DNA of 30,528 nucleotides from Candidatus Obscuribacterales bacterium. Its GTDB lineage: Bacteria > Cyanobacteriota > Vampirovibrionia > Obscuribacterales > Obscuribacteraceae. A program made the translations under genes and the position numbers. Below the pieces are notes generated by a model. The model was not told the origin of the DNA, did no database searches, and saw only the letters and a list, made by a program, of their open reading frames with translations. The first letter of the stretch is position 1. Every line of letters starts with the position of its first letter. The stretch covers positions 1 through 30,528 of the forward strand of contig JAKFVJ010000361.1 in NCBI GenBank assembly GCA_021732245.1, read 5' to 3'. This document shows, one piece after another, positions 1 through 7,667 of this stretch.

Positions 1-700
1 CCACTAGACAATGAATCAGCCAATCCCTCTCGTACGGCTTCCTGAATATCTTCGTCAGTGATTAACTTGTGCTCTATTATTCTCTTCGCTGTCTAAATAT
101 GTCCACCGGTCAAACAGCGATTCAAAGCTTGCTGCACTGCATCAGATATTTCTTTGTTTTCAACTAACTTGAGTTCAATTATTTTTTCAGCATCGTCAAT
201 GCATCCTTCAGACAAGCTTTTGATTAAGCTTTTAACAGCGGCTTCTCGGACCTTTACTGTTTTCAGATTTTCATCTGTGGCAAACTTTCTTTCAAGTAAT
301 TTCTCGACCTCAGTAATAGATCCTTGATATAAGCACTTGGCCAACCTTAGCTGAACGGCTTTTTGAATCTCGCTTGTTTTCAGATTTTCATTTGTGACCA
401 ACTTGCGTTCAATTAGTTTCTCGATAATGTCAATCCGCCCATCTCTAAAGCAATTAACCAAAGCTTGACGCACTGCTCCTTGAATCGCTTCCTCCGGAAC
501 TAACTTGCTCTTTATTATTCTCTCTGCGGTCTCAATGTATTTACCAGACAAGCAAGTAACCAACCCTTGGCGCGTCGCTTCTCGAATGTCTTCTTGCTGC
601 AGATCTTCTTCTGTAACAGAATTGTCCTTAATTATTCTCTCTGCATTGACAATGCTTCCTTTAGACAAACATTCAACCAACAATTTACGGACTTCTCGTT
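1..700 (-). repeat. Intragenic ~35-39 aa two-helix (ankyrin-like) repeats, at least 6 units
   Basis: LVECLSKGSIVNAERIIKDNSV / LVTCLSGKYIETAERIIKSKLV / LVNCFRDGRIDIIEKLIERKLV / LAKCLYQGSITEVEKLLERKFA / LIKSLSEGCIDDAEKIIELKLV / LNRCLTGGHI*TAKRIIEHKLI. Nucleotide echoes ttattattctctctgc near 511 and 630. Confidence 0.8.
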
Positions 701-1619
701 TTTCGGAAGCAAGGGAGTCGTCAAGTGTACGTTTTTCTGTCGAACGGGTACTATCAGTAGCACTTTCCTGTCTCGTATCTAAGATATCATTAGCCATCAG
801 TGATGGTGCTTGCGTTGACGGACTTGCCTTCTCTAAAGACTCAGCATTTTCAATTGCCGACTTTAGATGCTTACCCATCTGCGCATGGCGAGTGCTTAGT
901 GCTGTTACTCCTTGATTGATTCCAGCTAGCGCAAATCCTATTATTCCAAAATCAATTGCTGCATTCTGTATATTCTTCGCTTCCAGTGTGCGCCCATTGA
1001 AAGAAGCATCTGCTACCGCTCCTACTGCCCCGGCCGGCACTCCTGCAACTCCGGCTATCGTCATATCAGACAATGCATTCTTGAATGTCCCTGGCTTTAC
1101 CTTTGCCGCTACCTTCAATCCCGACAATGCTTCTGAACCAGCTCCTAAAAGCCCGAATGTAAGGGCCTGCGAGCCTGCATTGGCTACTCTGCCAGAGAGA
1201 AAATTATTACTTGGGTCCGATTCCGTGAATACCGCCCCATACACGGCTCCTTGTTTGGCGCTTCTCATAAAATGCTGTCCGCATCTTTGCGTAAGTGACA
1301 AAGTATTGGCCGTCTCCACCTGCCGAAATGGGCCCAGCTTTAGCTTGCCCAATAAGTTAAAGTCCACTGCCATCCCTATGGCACCGCCAAATTTTTGTGC
1401 CCAGGAGTCTGTCAAATTACCCTCGGCATTCTTCTCATTTACTATTGAGACATGTGGTAAATGACCTCCAGTGACTAATTGCCCCAAGCCATTCCACAAT
1501 GGAGCAATTACCGCTGATTGCACAAATGCTCTGCCAAAATCCTCGACAATAGTGAGGCAGCTAAGCGGTACTTCCGCTTTGTCTCCCTCTCTAAGTGGCG
1601 CTATTTCTCGATTAATCAA
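93..1619 (-). CDS. Hypothetical protein: hydrophobic Gly/Ala-rich N-terminal module (family B) plus C-terminal ankyrin-like helical repeats; interrupted by an in-frame TAG at 93-95
   Basis: 508 aa ORF with TTG start. N-terminus aligns by eye with 13205..16480. C-terminus has repeated units L..CL..G.I..AE.II...LV. The frame continues past the TAG as TAKRIIEHKLITDEDIQEAVREGLADSLSSG to the window edge. Confidence 0.8.
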   Translation of the reverse strand: MINREIAPLREGDKAEVPLSCLTIVEDFGRAFVQSAVIAPLWNGLGQLVTGGHLPHVSIVNEKNAEGNLTDSWAQKFGGAIGMAVDFNLLGKLKLGPFRQVETANTLSLTQRCGQHFMRSAKQGAVYGAVFTESDPSNNFLSGRVANAGSQALTFGLLGAGSEALSGLKVAAKVKPGTFKNALSDMTIAGVAGVPAGAVGAVADASFNGRTLEAKNIQNAAIDFGIIGFALAGINQGVTALSTRHAQMGKHLKSAIENAESLEKASPSTQAPSLMANDILDTRQESATDSTRSTEKRTLDDSLASEKREVRKLLVECLSKGSIVNAERIIKDNSVTEEDLQQEDIREATRQGLVTCLSGKYIETAERIIKSKLVPEEAIQGAVRQALVNCFRDGRIDIIEKLIERKLVTNENLKTSEIQKAVQLRLAKCLYQGSITEVEKLLERKFATDENLKTVKVREAAVKSLIKSLSEGCIDDAEKIIELKLVENKEISDAVQQALNRCLTGGHI

Positions 1620-1689
1620 CTACTGCCCTGCCCACTTCTGGTCGTGCTGTCTTCCTTCAGAAGATTAATTTATCAATCAAAGACTTACT

Positions 1690-1708
1690 TGTAATTGGGG
1701 AAAATACG
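1690..1708 (-). promoter_or_regulatory. Recurring upstream motif CGTATTTTCCCCAATTACA
   Basis: 76 nt upstream of the start at 1619. Shares an exact 13-mer with 4686..4698 and an exact 14-mer with 11584..11597. Confidence 0.55.
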
Positions 1709-1725
1709 GGTGCTATTTGAAAAGC

Positions 1726-1977
1726 CTAGAATATGAATGGAGTTAATCCTAGCGATGCACGATTTCCCCTTTGAACTAGAAGAGTCTCTGAAACCAGTAG
1801 TGAGTGATGAATCTGGAGTGGTTTACTGCCTATATAAATACCGTCTCTGTCGTGTGAACATATACTTACGTTCTGACTGAAGCCTGGCACGTAACTGGTT
1901 TTGTAGTACTCGGTGCGTAAAAGCCAGAAGCTGTTTACGAGAAGCTCCAGTGCGAAAGAACCTATCTCGCCGGGCAA
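1726..1977 (-). pseudogene. Possible frameshifted C-terminal portion of the PDZ protein
   Basis: ORF starts inside a T5 run (1976-1980) at the 3' end of the PDZ gene. It contains TLLVQRG, echoing SILVQRG of the PDZ domain. No obvious RBS. Confidence 0.3.
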
Positions 1978-2501
1978 AAACCATCAATAGGTGTTCTAAA
2001 TAGAACCCGGGTCATAGTAAAAGACTGGCGGGTTGTGCCTCTCTGAACTAAAATGCTGACCTTTGAATCTACTGGTCCGCGTATTAATTTTACGACTCCG
2101 TTAATAGTGGGGTTAGAGCCGATGGATCTACCGTCCACACTTATTATTTCATCGCCCTTCTGAATACCTGCTGCCTCTGCAACTCCACCTGTTATAAATT
2201 GCATTACAACTATCTTCTTGCCTTGTTTTCCCAACGTCATGCCGACACCAGTGAGTGAACCACCGGTAAGGGGATCACTCACTGTTATCCCGGAGGCAGG
2301 TGATGGCTGTCCATTTCCTGATTGCATTTCGCTGGTATCTGACGTAGAAGACGGCTTTGTATGGTCGTTTCTATTTTGAAAATTAGATGTTGTTGAATGA
2401 CTCTGGTCTTCAGTTTCTGCTGCGTATGCTATTAGCAATGACCCTGAGGAGATTGATAGGATAGTTGTCACCACTAACAGAATGTCTATCTTAAATGGCA
2501 C
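1962..2501 (-). CDS. Secreted PDZ-domain protein
   Basis: Signal-peptide-like N-terminus and Ser/Thr-rich linker. PDZ signature LTGVGMTL...VAEAAGIQKGDEIISVDG...LIRGPVDSKVSILVQRG resembles S41 protease-type PDZ. GTG start with AGAAGGA upstream. Confidence 0.8.
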   Translation of the reverse strand: MPFKIDILLVVTTILSISSGSLLIAYAAETEDQSHSTTSNFQNRNDHTKPSSTSDTSEMQSGNGQPSPASGITVSDPLTGGSLTGVGMTLGKQGKKIVVMQFITGGVAEAAGIQKGDEIISVDGRSIGSNPTINGVVKLIRGPVDSKVSILVQRGTTRQSFTMTRVLFRTPIDGFCPAR

Positions 2502-2555
2502 AATTATTCCTTCTGATTCGCATGTTTAAGTATCTCAATGCTGTTGATCGTGATT

Positions 2556-2941
2556 TCATCTATAGGATCGGTCAATATTTTTCTGGACGGAAATATCAGA
2601 AAGTTTCTCTACAGCGGTTTGTTCATTCGCCAATCGTCCGCGAATCATAACGAATAGCGCCTGATCGTTGTGCGAATTAGTGATAAGTGATTTCGCAAGT
2701 TTGTTGCCTGATGTATCAAGTTCGTACAGTTTGCCATTGCTGATTAACGCGAAAACGGCGTCAGAGCGCAATGCATGTTGCCGACTATAGGTGGCTCGTG
2801 TCAGCTTTACGTCGATTTTTTGTTTGTCATTCGCACAGCACCTTTGTCCACAAGATAACCTGTGAAGCTGGATATGGCGTTCTCTGCGCGAGTCGGAATT
2901 ACTATAAACAGCAAGATCAAAAATAACAGCAATGCTCTCAT
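2556..2941 (-). pseudogene. Frameshifted copy of the small secreted protein at 4153..4521
   Basis: ATG at 2941 reads MRALLLFLILLFIVIPTRAENAISSFTGYLVDKGAVRMTNKKST*. One base is missing in the A-run (plus-strand T-run 2816-2821) relative to the intact copy (AAA AAT ATC). The downstream frame gives IDVKLTRATYSRQHALRSDAVFAL..., matching the paralogue. Confidence 0.85.
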
Positions 2942-2998
2942 GGAAACCCCCTCTCATATTATCCGTAATTGTAATCTTTGGGAACACTTGTGACAGCT
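2581..2998 (-). repeat. Direct repeat copy A (promoter + small secreted gene)
   Basis: Aligns base-by-base with 4160..4578 at roughly 80-85% identity by eye. Offset is 1579 at one end and 1580 at the other, consistent with a 1-bp indel. Confidence 0.9.
2968..2996 (-). promoter_or_regulatory. Sigma70-like promoter, copy A (CTGTCA-N17-TACAAT)
   Basis: -35/-10 hexamers with 17-nt spacer, upstream of GAGAGGGGG RBS and ATG 2941. Conserved in the duplicate. Confidence 0.55.
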
Positions 2999-3013
2999 TG
3001 GACAAAGGGTCAT

Positions 3014-4156
3014 TTATGGTTTTGATTGATCGTTGCTTTTGTTGGGGTTTTCTTTGGTGAAACTCGTGGTCGTTTGGAATTGTTTGCGGGACTCTTGGTC
3101 GTCACGATATAACTGATGCAATGATTGTTGCGCAGTGGCGTGCTTAGCGGTGACCGATTGTAGTGGAGGCACCGCTGGTGGTGTCACTCGTTCGAGATGT
3201 CGATTGTAACCTTGAATACCATCTTCTGGGGCTTGGGCATCCTCGCTGCGTGAGAGCCAATACGGTTCAGACAGGCTTAAAGTGCGGATAAACAACTCTG
3301 CATTGTACCCATTAGTAGACTGTTTATATGGCAGAAAATAACAATCTGAGGCTCCGTGTTCAATCGAGCAAGGCTTCCTCTTATGCACTACCGGTCCACC
3401 TTTATTGTTTGGCGTCAGTGACCACGTAGTTCCGTTCTGAAACTTAGCAACGATGGTGTAAATCCTGTCATCTGGGCGCAATTGTGCTAAGTGATTGGCC
3501 ATTGGGCAAAATGTACGATCAAACGACATTCCGACACGATTAGCCGCGTGGACATTTCCGCATAGAATTAAGAGACGCTTGTTCGGTGCGGATTGTAATT
3601 GTTTTGCCAAAAATTCTGCCATGCTGTTGTCGCGGTCTTGTGGGTTTTTCGCCGAAATAGGATCAAAAGCAATGACCTTGATCGCTGGCATAGTCCGCAA
3701 ATGCTTAATTAAGCTTGCCATCGCAGTACTCCCCCGTCCATCCTGCACTGGACAGTTGAATATCGGCATTGACTTCAATATTTCTTCGTCACCAGTTTTC
3801 ATGTATTCATCAATAAATTTTTGATGATCCCTTGGTAATTCAAGTCCAACGATGAGATCGGAGCCATCATCTGATAGTTGACCTGCAAGACTGTCAACGA
3901 ATTCTGGAATTTCTTTTGAACCGTGGAATTCGCCTATGCAGACTATTCTGCAATCCCTAAGTACTTTAACGATGCTTATTGGTATATGTGTCGAATTCTC
4001 AATTGCAATAGATTGGCCGGGCTTGATGTCTTCTGTTGATACTGGGCTGGCAAAATCAGCTTTAGCATCTACCTGCGTAGTGACAAGAGTGAAGAAACTC
4101 ATGAGTCCAATCAAACAGACGTTGTAGTTGATCGTGCCTTGCATAAGGTTTCTCAA
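3014..4156 (-). CDS. Secreted ChaN/TIKI/EreA-superfamily-like protein with a short C-terminal extension
   Basis: Signal-peptide-like N-terminus. Motifs CIGEFHGSKE, LIVGLELP, DGRGSTAM, VIAFD, RDNSMA, ILCGNVHA. Start either TTG 4156 (overlapping the upstream TGA) or ATG 4144. Confidence 0.65.
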   Translation of the reverse strand: MRNLMQGTINYNVCLIGLMSFFTLVTTQVDAKADFASPVSTEDIKPGQSIAIENSTHIPISIVKVLRDCRIVCIGEFHGSKEIPEFVDSLAGQLSDDGSDLIVGLELPRDHQKFIDEYMKTGDEEILKSMPIFNCPVQDGRGSTAMASLIKHLRTMPAIKVIAFDPISAKNPQDRDNSMAEFLAKQLQSAPNKRLLILCGNVHAANRVGMSFDRTFCPMANHLAQLRPDDRIYTIVAKFQNGTTWSLTPNNKGGPVVHKRKPCSIEHGASDCYFLPYKQSTNGYNAELFIRTLSLSEPYWLSRSEDAQAPEDGIQGYNRHLERVTPPAVPPLQSVTAKHATAQQSLHQLYRDDQESRKQFQTTTSFTKENPNKSNDQSKP

Positions 4157-4521
4157 AAGTTCTGGACGGAAATATCGGAAAGTTGCTCTACTGCGATTTT
4201 TTCATCTGCCAATTGTCCGCGAATCATAACGAATAGCGGCTGATCATTATGGGAATTAGTGATAAGTGATTTCGCAAGTTTATTGCCTGCTGTATCAAGT
4301 TCGTACAGTTTGCCATTGCTGACTAACGCGAAAACCGCGTCAGAGCGCAACGCAAGTTGCCGACTATAGGCGGCTTGTGTCGACTTCATGTCGATATTTT
4401 TGTTGGTCATTCGCACCGCATCTCTGTCCACAAGATAACCTGTGAAACTGGGTATAGCGTTGTCTGCCTTGGCTGGAATTACTATAAACATCAAAATCAA
4501 AGATAGCAGCAAAGCTTTCAT
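4153..4521 (-). CDS. Small secreted hypothetical protein (intact copy)
   Basis: 122 aa with a clear signal peptide MKALLLSLILMFIVIPAKA. RBS GAGAGGA. Stop overlaps the next start. Confidence 0.85.
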   Translation of the reverse strand: MKALLLSLILMFIVIPAKADNAIPSFTGYLVDRDAVRMTNKNIDMKSTQAAYSRQLALRSDAVFALVSNGKLYELDTAGNKLAKSLITNSHNDQPLFVMIRGQLADEKIAVEQLSDISVQNF

Positions 4522-4578
4522 GGAAACGTCCTCTCACATTTTCTGTAATTGTAATCTTTGAGAAGGCTTGTGACAACT
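4160..4578 (-). repeat. Direct repeat copy B (promoter + small secreted gene)
   Basis: Aligns with 2581..2998. Confidence 0.9.
4548..4576 (-). promoter_or_regulatory. Sigma70-like promoter, copy B (TTGTCA-N17-TACAAT)
   Basis: One mismatch each from TTGACA and TATAAT, exact 17-nt spacer, 26 nt upstream of ATG 4521. Confidence 0.65.
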
Positions 4579-4685
4579 GGAGAGAATTCCTGAGCAGTAA
4601 TCGGGCAAACACCCAATGAAACCTTGAGAATCCTGATGGTGAGCTTGTACCAGCAAGGAAGAGATGGAAATATCTTCATTACGTT

Positions 4686-4698
4686 CGTATTTTCCCCA
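4686..4698 (+). promoter_or_regulatory. Recurring upstream motif CGTATTTTCCCCA
   Basis: Exact 13-mer match to 1696..1708 (minus). Lies 55 nt upstream of ATG 4754. Confidence 0.55.
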
Positions 4699-4753
4699 CA
4701 GACTAATAGTTCAGCTAAAGGTACGCTTTTGGGCAGCCATTAGGAATGAGATT

Positions 4754-5692
4754 ATGTCGCATCCTACAGATGAACTCGATCACAAATACGCAAATCCCCT
4801 TGGATTTTGCGCCTCCGCCATTTATGAAACTATGGACTTTTGTGTGCAGTCGGCAATGCACCCGGACAAACGCATAAGGCAAGCCGATGTTCTGACTCAT
4901 GGTCTTATCGTCGGTGGCATTAAGGAAATACCGAACCAAATCCTAAATCACGCTGGGGAAACTGCAACTAAGATGGGTGTTGCTGGAGCCATTGGCGCTG
5001 CCTTCAGTTTACTTATTGATTCGAAGACTAAATTTCTCTCTACAGGTGCCAAATGGCTTGGCTTAGGCATGGGTGTAGGTGCCATTGCGGCCACAGCCGT
5101 CGATCTTCATTCTAAGCCCAAACTTAAATCGGCTCTGGAAGCTGCTTGGAACAAGCCTGAAGCCGTTGCCGCCGGCAAACAGATTGCTGAAGCCGAGTGC
5201 GGACCAGACGGCTTCAATTGGGGGTTGTCCGTACCAGCAACTATCGTCGGCGGTATTGGTGCAAAAGGCGCGATGAAATATTGGTCCTACCGGCAAGCCT
5301 TGTCCAATGGCGCCGAAACGCTCTTAAAACCTGACATCGTAGACGGTCCTACACCCGGACTGGATGAGGCTGGCAGACTTCTTCTGGAGCCCACTGCTCA
5401 CGAATTCTCGATGCTACAGACATTTATTCTCCATGCTCAAGAACTTGTCCCGGGTGTAAAAGTTGACCGGGCGATCTCAATACCTGAGGAGGCATTTGGA
5501 CAACCTGCGGTAATGGCAAAGATTAGGCTTCCTGCCGGCACTACTAGACCGTTCGAGGACGCTTACAAATTGAAACGCTTGGCTGCCCACCTTGCAATAG
5601 ATAACGATTGGCTGTTTGACTGCACGATTGATGGTGAAGAACTTATAGACATGAATGGCACCGCCATACTACTTCACGGATTGAAATACTAA
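4754..5692 (+). CDS. Hypothetical protein: hydrophobic N-terminal module (family A) plus unknown ~120 aa C-terminal domain
   Basis: Start reassigned to ATG 4754 (AGGAATGAG upstream) within ORF 4664..5692. N-terminus aligns with 11667..12983 (RQ...GLI.GGI..I...ETA.K.G...L..AL.A...KQI...G..GFN.GL). Confidence 0.75.
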   Translation: MSHPTDELDHKYANPLGFCASAIYETMDFCVQSAMHPDKRIRQADVLTHGLIVGGIKEIPNQILNHAGETATKMGVAGAIGAAFSLLIDSKTKFLSTGAKWLGLGMGVGAIAATAVDLHSKPKLKSALEAAWNKPEAVAAGKQIAEAECGPDGFNWGLSVPATIVGGIGAKGAMKYWSYRQALSNGAETLLKPDIVDGPTPGLDEAGRLLLEPTAHEFSMLQTFILHAQELVPGVKVDRAISIPEEAFGQPAVMAKIRLPAGTTRPFEDAYKLKRLAAHLAIDNDWLFDCTIDGEELIDMNGTAILLHGLKY

Positions 5693-5819
5693 TACGAAAC
5701 GGCATTGTGCACATAGAGAAAACCCGGTGACGACTCCGCTTGCCGTGGAATTAATTTTCTGTCTACCCTCTGAATGTACAATTTAAGTACTGAATTTCGT
5801 AGGTTACAGCGGAGGAATA

Positions 5820-6272
5820 ATGTTCAGAAATATTCAATTAGTATTGCCGAGCGCTATCTTGGCAGTTTTTGTCCTTTTACCTGAAGCGCTGGCAGAAGAT
5901 GGAACCATGCCGCTTGCAAGAACCAATCATTTGAAGATAGTAAGTCTGCCAAAAGAAGTAAATGCAGGTGAAGACATTATCTTGGAAGCTATTACCAATG
6001 CGAATGCAAAGTGCATTATCACTGTCGCCAGCGGAGATCAGGAACTTATTGGAACTGATCTTGTGCCGAAATTGGCTGACAGTGCCGGTAACGTCAAGTG
6101 GCAATTTAAAGCGACTGACAAAGCAGGCAAATTGGACGTATACGTCCATTCTGTGTCCGGTATAGCTGATGTAGGTGCATCGACTAGTATCAATGTACAG
6201 CCAGCAACGGACGCTGCTGCTGGCAAAGCAGGAAAGTTAATGCTGACGAAGGCGAGATCACGGCAACACTAA
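5820..6272 (+). CDS. Secreted hypothetical protein, probable Ig-like beta domain
   Basis: GGAGGA RBS and signal peptide ending ALA. Beta-rich pattern with LVPKLADSAGNVKWQF. Confidence 0.7.
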   Translation: MFRNIQLVLPSAILAVFVLLPEALAEDGTMPLARTNHLKIVSLPKEVNAGEDIILEAITNANAKCIITVASGDQELIGTDLVPKLADSAGNVKWQFKATDKAGKLDVYVHSVSGIADVGASTSINVQPATDAAAGKAGKLMLTKARSRQH

Positions 6273-6348
6273 AAATCGCAGTTGTCATATATTTGCCCAT
6301 GACTGGATTCATTTGACTGGTTCCTGATACTCGATGTAATGTCAGGTA

Positions 6349-7656
6349 ATGTTGACGATTGATAAATCCACGACTGAACCGCTGGTTGAAGACAGAAGCT
6401 GGAGTGTTTTGCAGTGCACCGCTTTTCGGTTCGTTTGTGCCTACCTCATCTTGTACAACTTGCCATTCCCTCTAGGGGCACTTCCTTTCACCGAGTATCC
6501 TGGCGAAAAGTATCTGGATGTCTGGAAAACAATAATTCCTTGGATAGGCAAGCATATTTTGCACCTCAGCAAAGATATTGCTGTACTGCAAACCGGCAGT
6601 GGTGATACTACTTTCAACTATGTCCAGGTGTTGTGCTTTTTGGCTCTGTCCGCGCTGGTTACCCTGATCTGGTCTATCGCAGATCGCAAGAGAACTAATT
6701 ATATTGAACTACATCAGTGGCTCAGGCTGTATATTCGGTTCGTGTTAGCCAATGCAATGTTTACCTATGGCGCCTGCAAAGTTTTTAACACACAGTTTCC
6801 TGCGCCCTTTTTCTGGAGACTTCTGGAAACCTACGGTGAATCTTCACCAATGGGGCTGTTATGGACGTTTATGGGATCATCGAAGGGATACACGATGTTT
6901 GGGGGGCTGGCTGAAGTATTTGCCGGTTTGCTACTTATTGTTCCGCGGCTGACAGTTTTAGGGGCGCTAGTATGTTTTGCTGTCTTAACGAACATTTTTA
7001 TGCTCAACATGTGCTATGACGTGCCGGTAAAACTGTACTCGTTTCATCTTTTGCTTATGGCAGTTTTCCTGCTGATGCCCGATTTTAAGAAGTTGATAGA
7101 TTTCTTTCTCTTGAATCGTAAAGTCGCACTGTCTAGCGATGCTCAACTGTTTCAGCGTCCCTGGCTTAATCGTGGTTTGCTTGTGGTGCAATTGTGCATC
7201 GGAGGCTATTTTCTTGGTGCGCCACTCTATGCTGGTTATGAATCTGCCAAAACTATGTATAACTCATCTCTAAAGAGTCCCTTTTACGGCATCTGGTTGG
7301 TCGATGAGTTTGAGGTTGATGGAAAAGTGCTTCCACCGCTTGTGACGGATGAGACTTGCTGGCGCCGAGTCGCTTTTGATATTTACGATATGTTTACCGT
7401 TCAGCATGCTGATGGAAGTCGGCAAACATACCACCTCAAGCTCGATGCCAAGAAAGAGACAATTGCTTTGCCAACCGAAATTCCTAACTGGAAAGCGGAG
7501 TTCAGGTATAAGAAGCTAGATGGTCAACGCCTTGTATTAGACGGTGTTTTTTGTAAGCAGAGAATTCATGCCATATTGCATCGGGGTAACAACCAAGATT
7601 TCAGACTTACAAGTCGTGGATTTCATTGGATAAACGAACATCCATTTAACCGTTAG
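6349..7656 (+). CDS. DoxX-like multi-pass membrane protein
   Basis: Multiple TM helices. Motifs YGACKVFNTQFPAP, SPMGLLWTFMGSS, NMCYDVPVKLYS and C-terminal RGFHWINEHPFNR are typical of this extended DoxX-like family. Confidence 0.8.
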   Translation: MLTIDKSTTEPLVEDRSWSVLQCTAFRFVCAYLILYNLPFPLGALPFTEYPGEKYLDVWKTIIPWIGKHILHLSKDIAVLQTGSGDTTFNYVQVLCFLALSALVTLIWSIADRKRTNYIELHQWLRLYIRFVLANAMFTYGACKVFNTQFPAPFFWRLLETYGESSPMGLLWTFMGSSKGYTMFGGLAEVFAGLLLIVPRLTVLGALVCFAVLTNIFMLNMCYDVPVKLYSFHLLLMAVFLLMPDFKKLIDFFLLNRKVALSSDAQLFQRPWLNRGLLVVQLCIGGYFLGAPLYAGYESAKTMYNSSLKSPFYGIWLVDEFEVDGKVLPPLVTDETCWRRVAFDIYDMFTVQHADGSRQTYHLKLDAKKETIALPTEIPNWKAEFRYKKLDGQRLVLDGVFCKQRIHAILHRGNNQDFRLTSRGFHWINEHPFNR

Positions 7657-7667
7657 GAGGTCGTGAC

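Noticed and set aside
93-95. Genome-wide TAG recoding (Gln/Pyl) as the explanation for the in-frame stop
   Set aside because: TAG ends other genes at natural positions, e.g. after the conserved HPFNR at 7656, where the next RBS overlaps it, and at 8885 and 12983. The interrupted position corresponds to Glu, one change from GAG.
2556-3005. 149-aa ORF as an intact gene, and 4364..4612 as a gene
   Set aside because: The N-terminal half of 2556..3005 is the off-frame reading of promoter and signal-peptide DNA, and 4364..4612 is the same off-frame reading in the other repeat copy.
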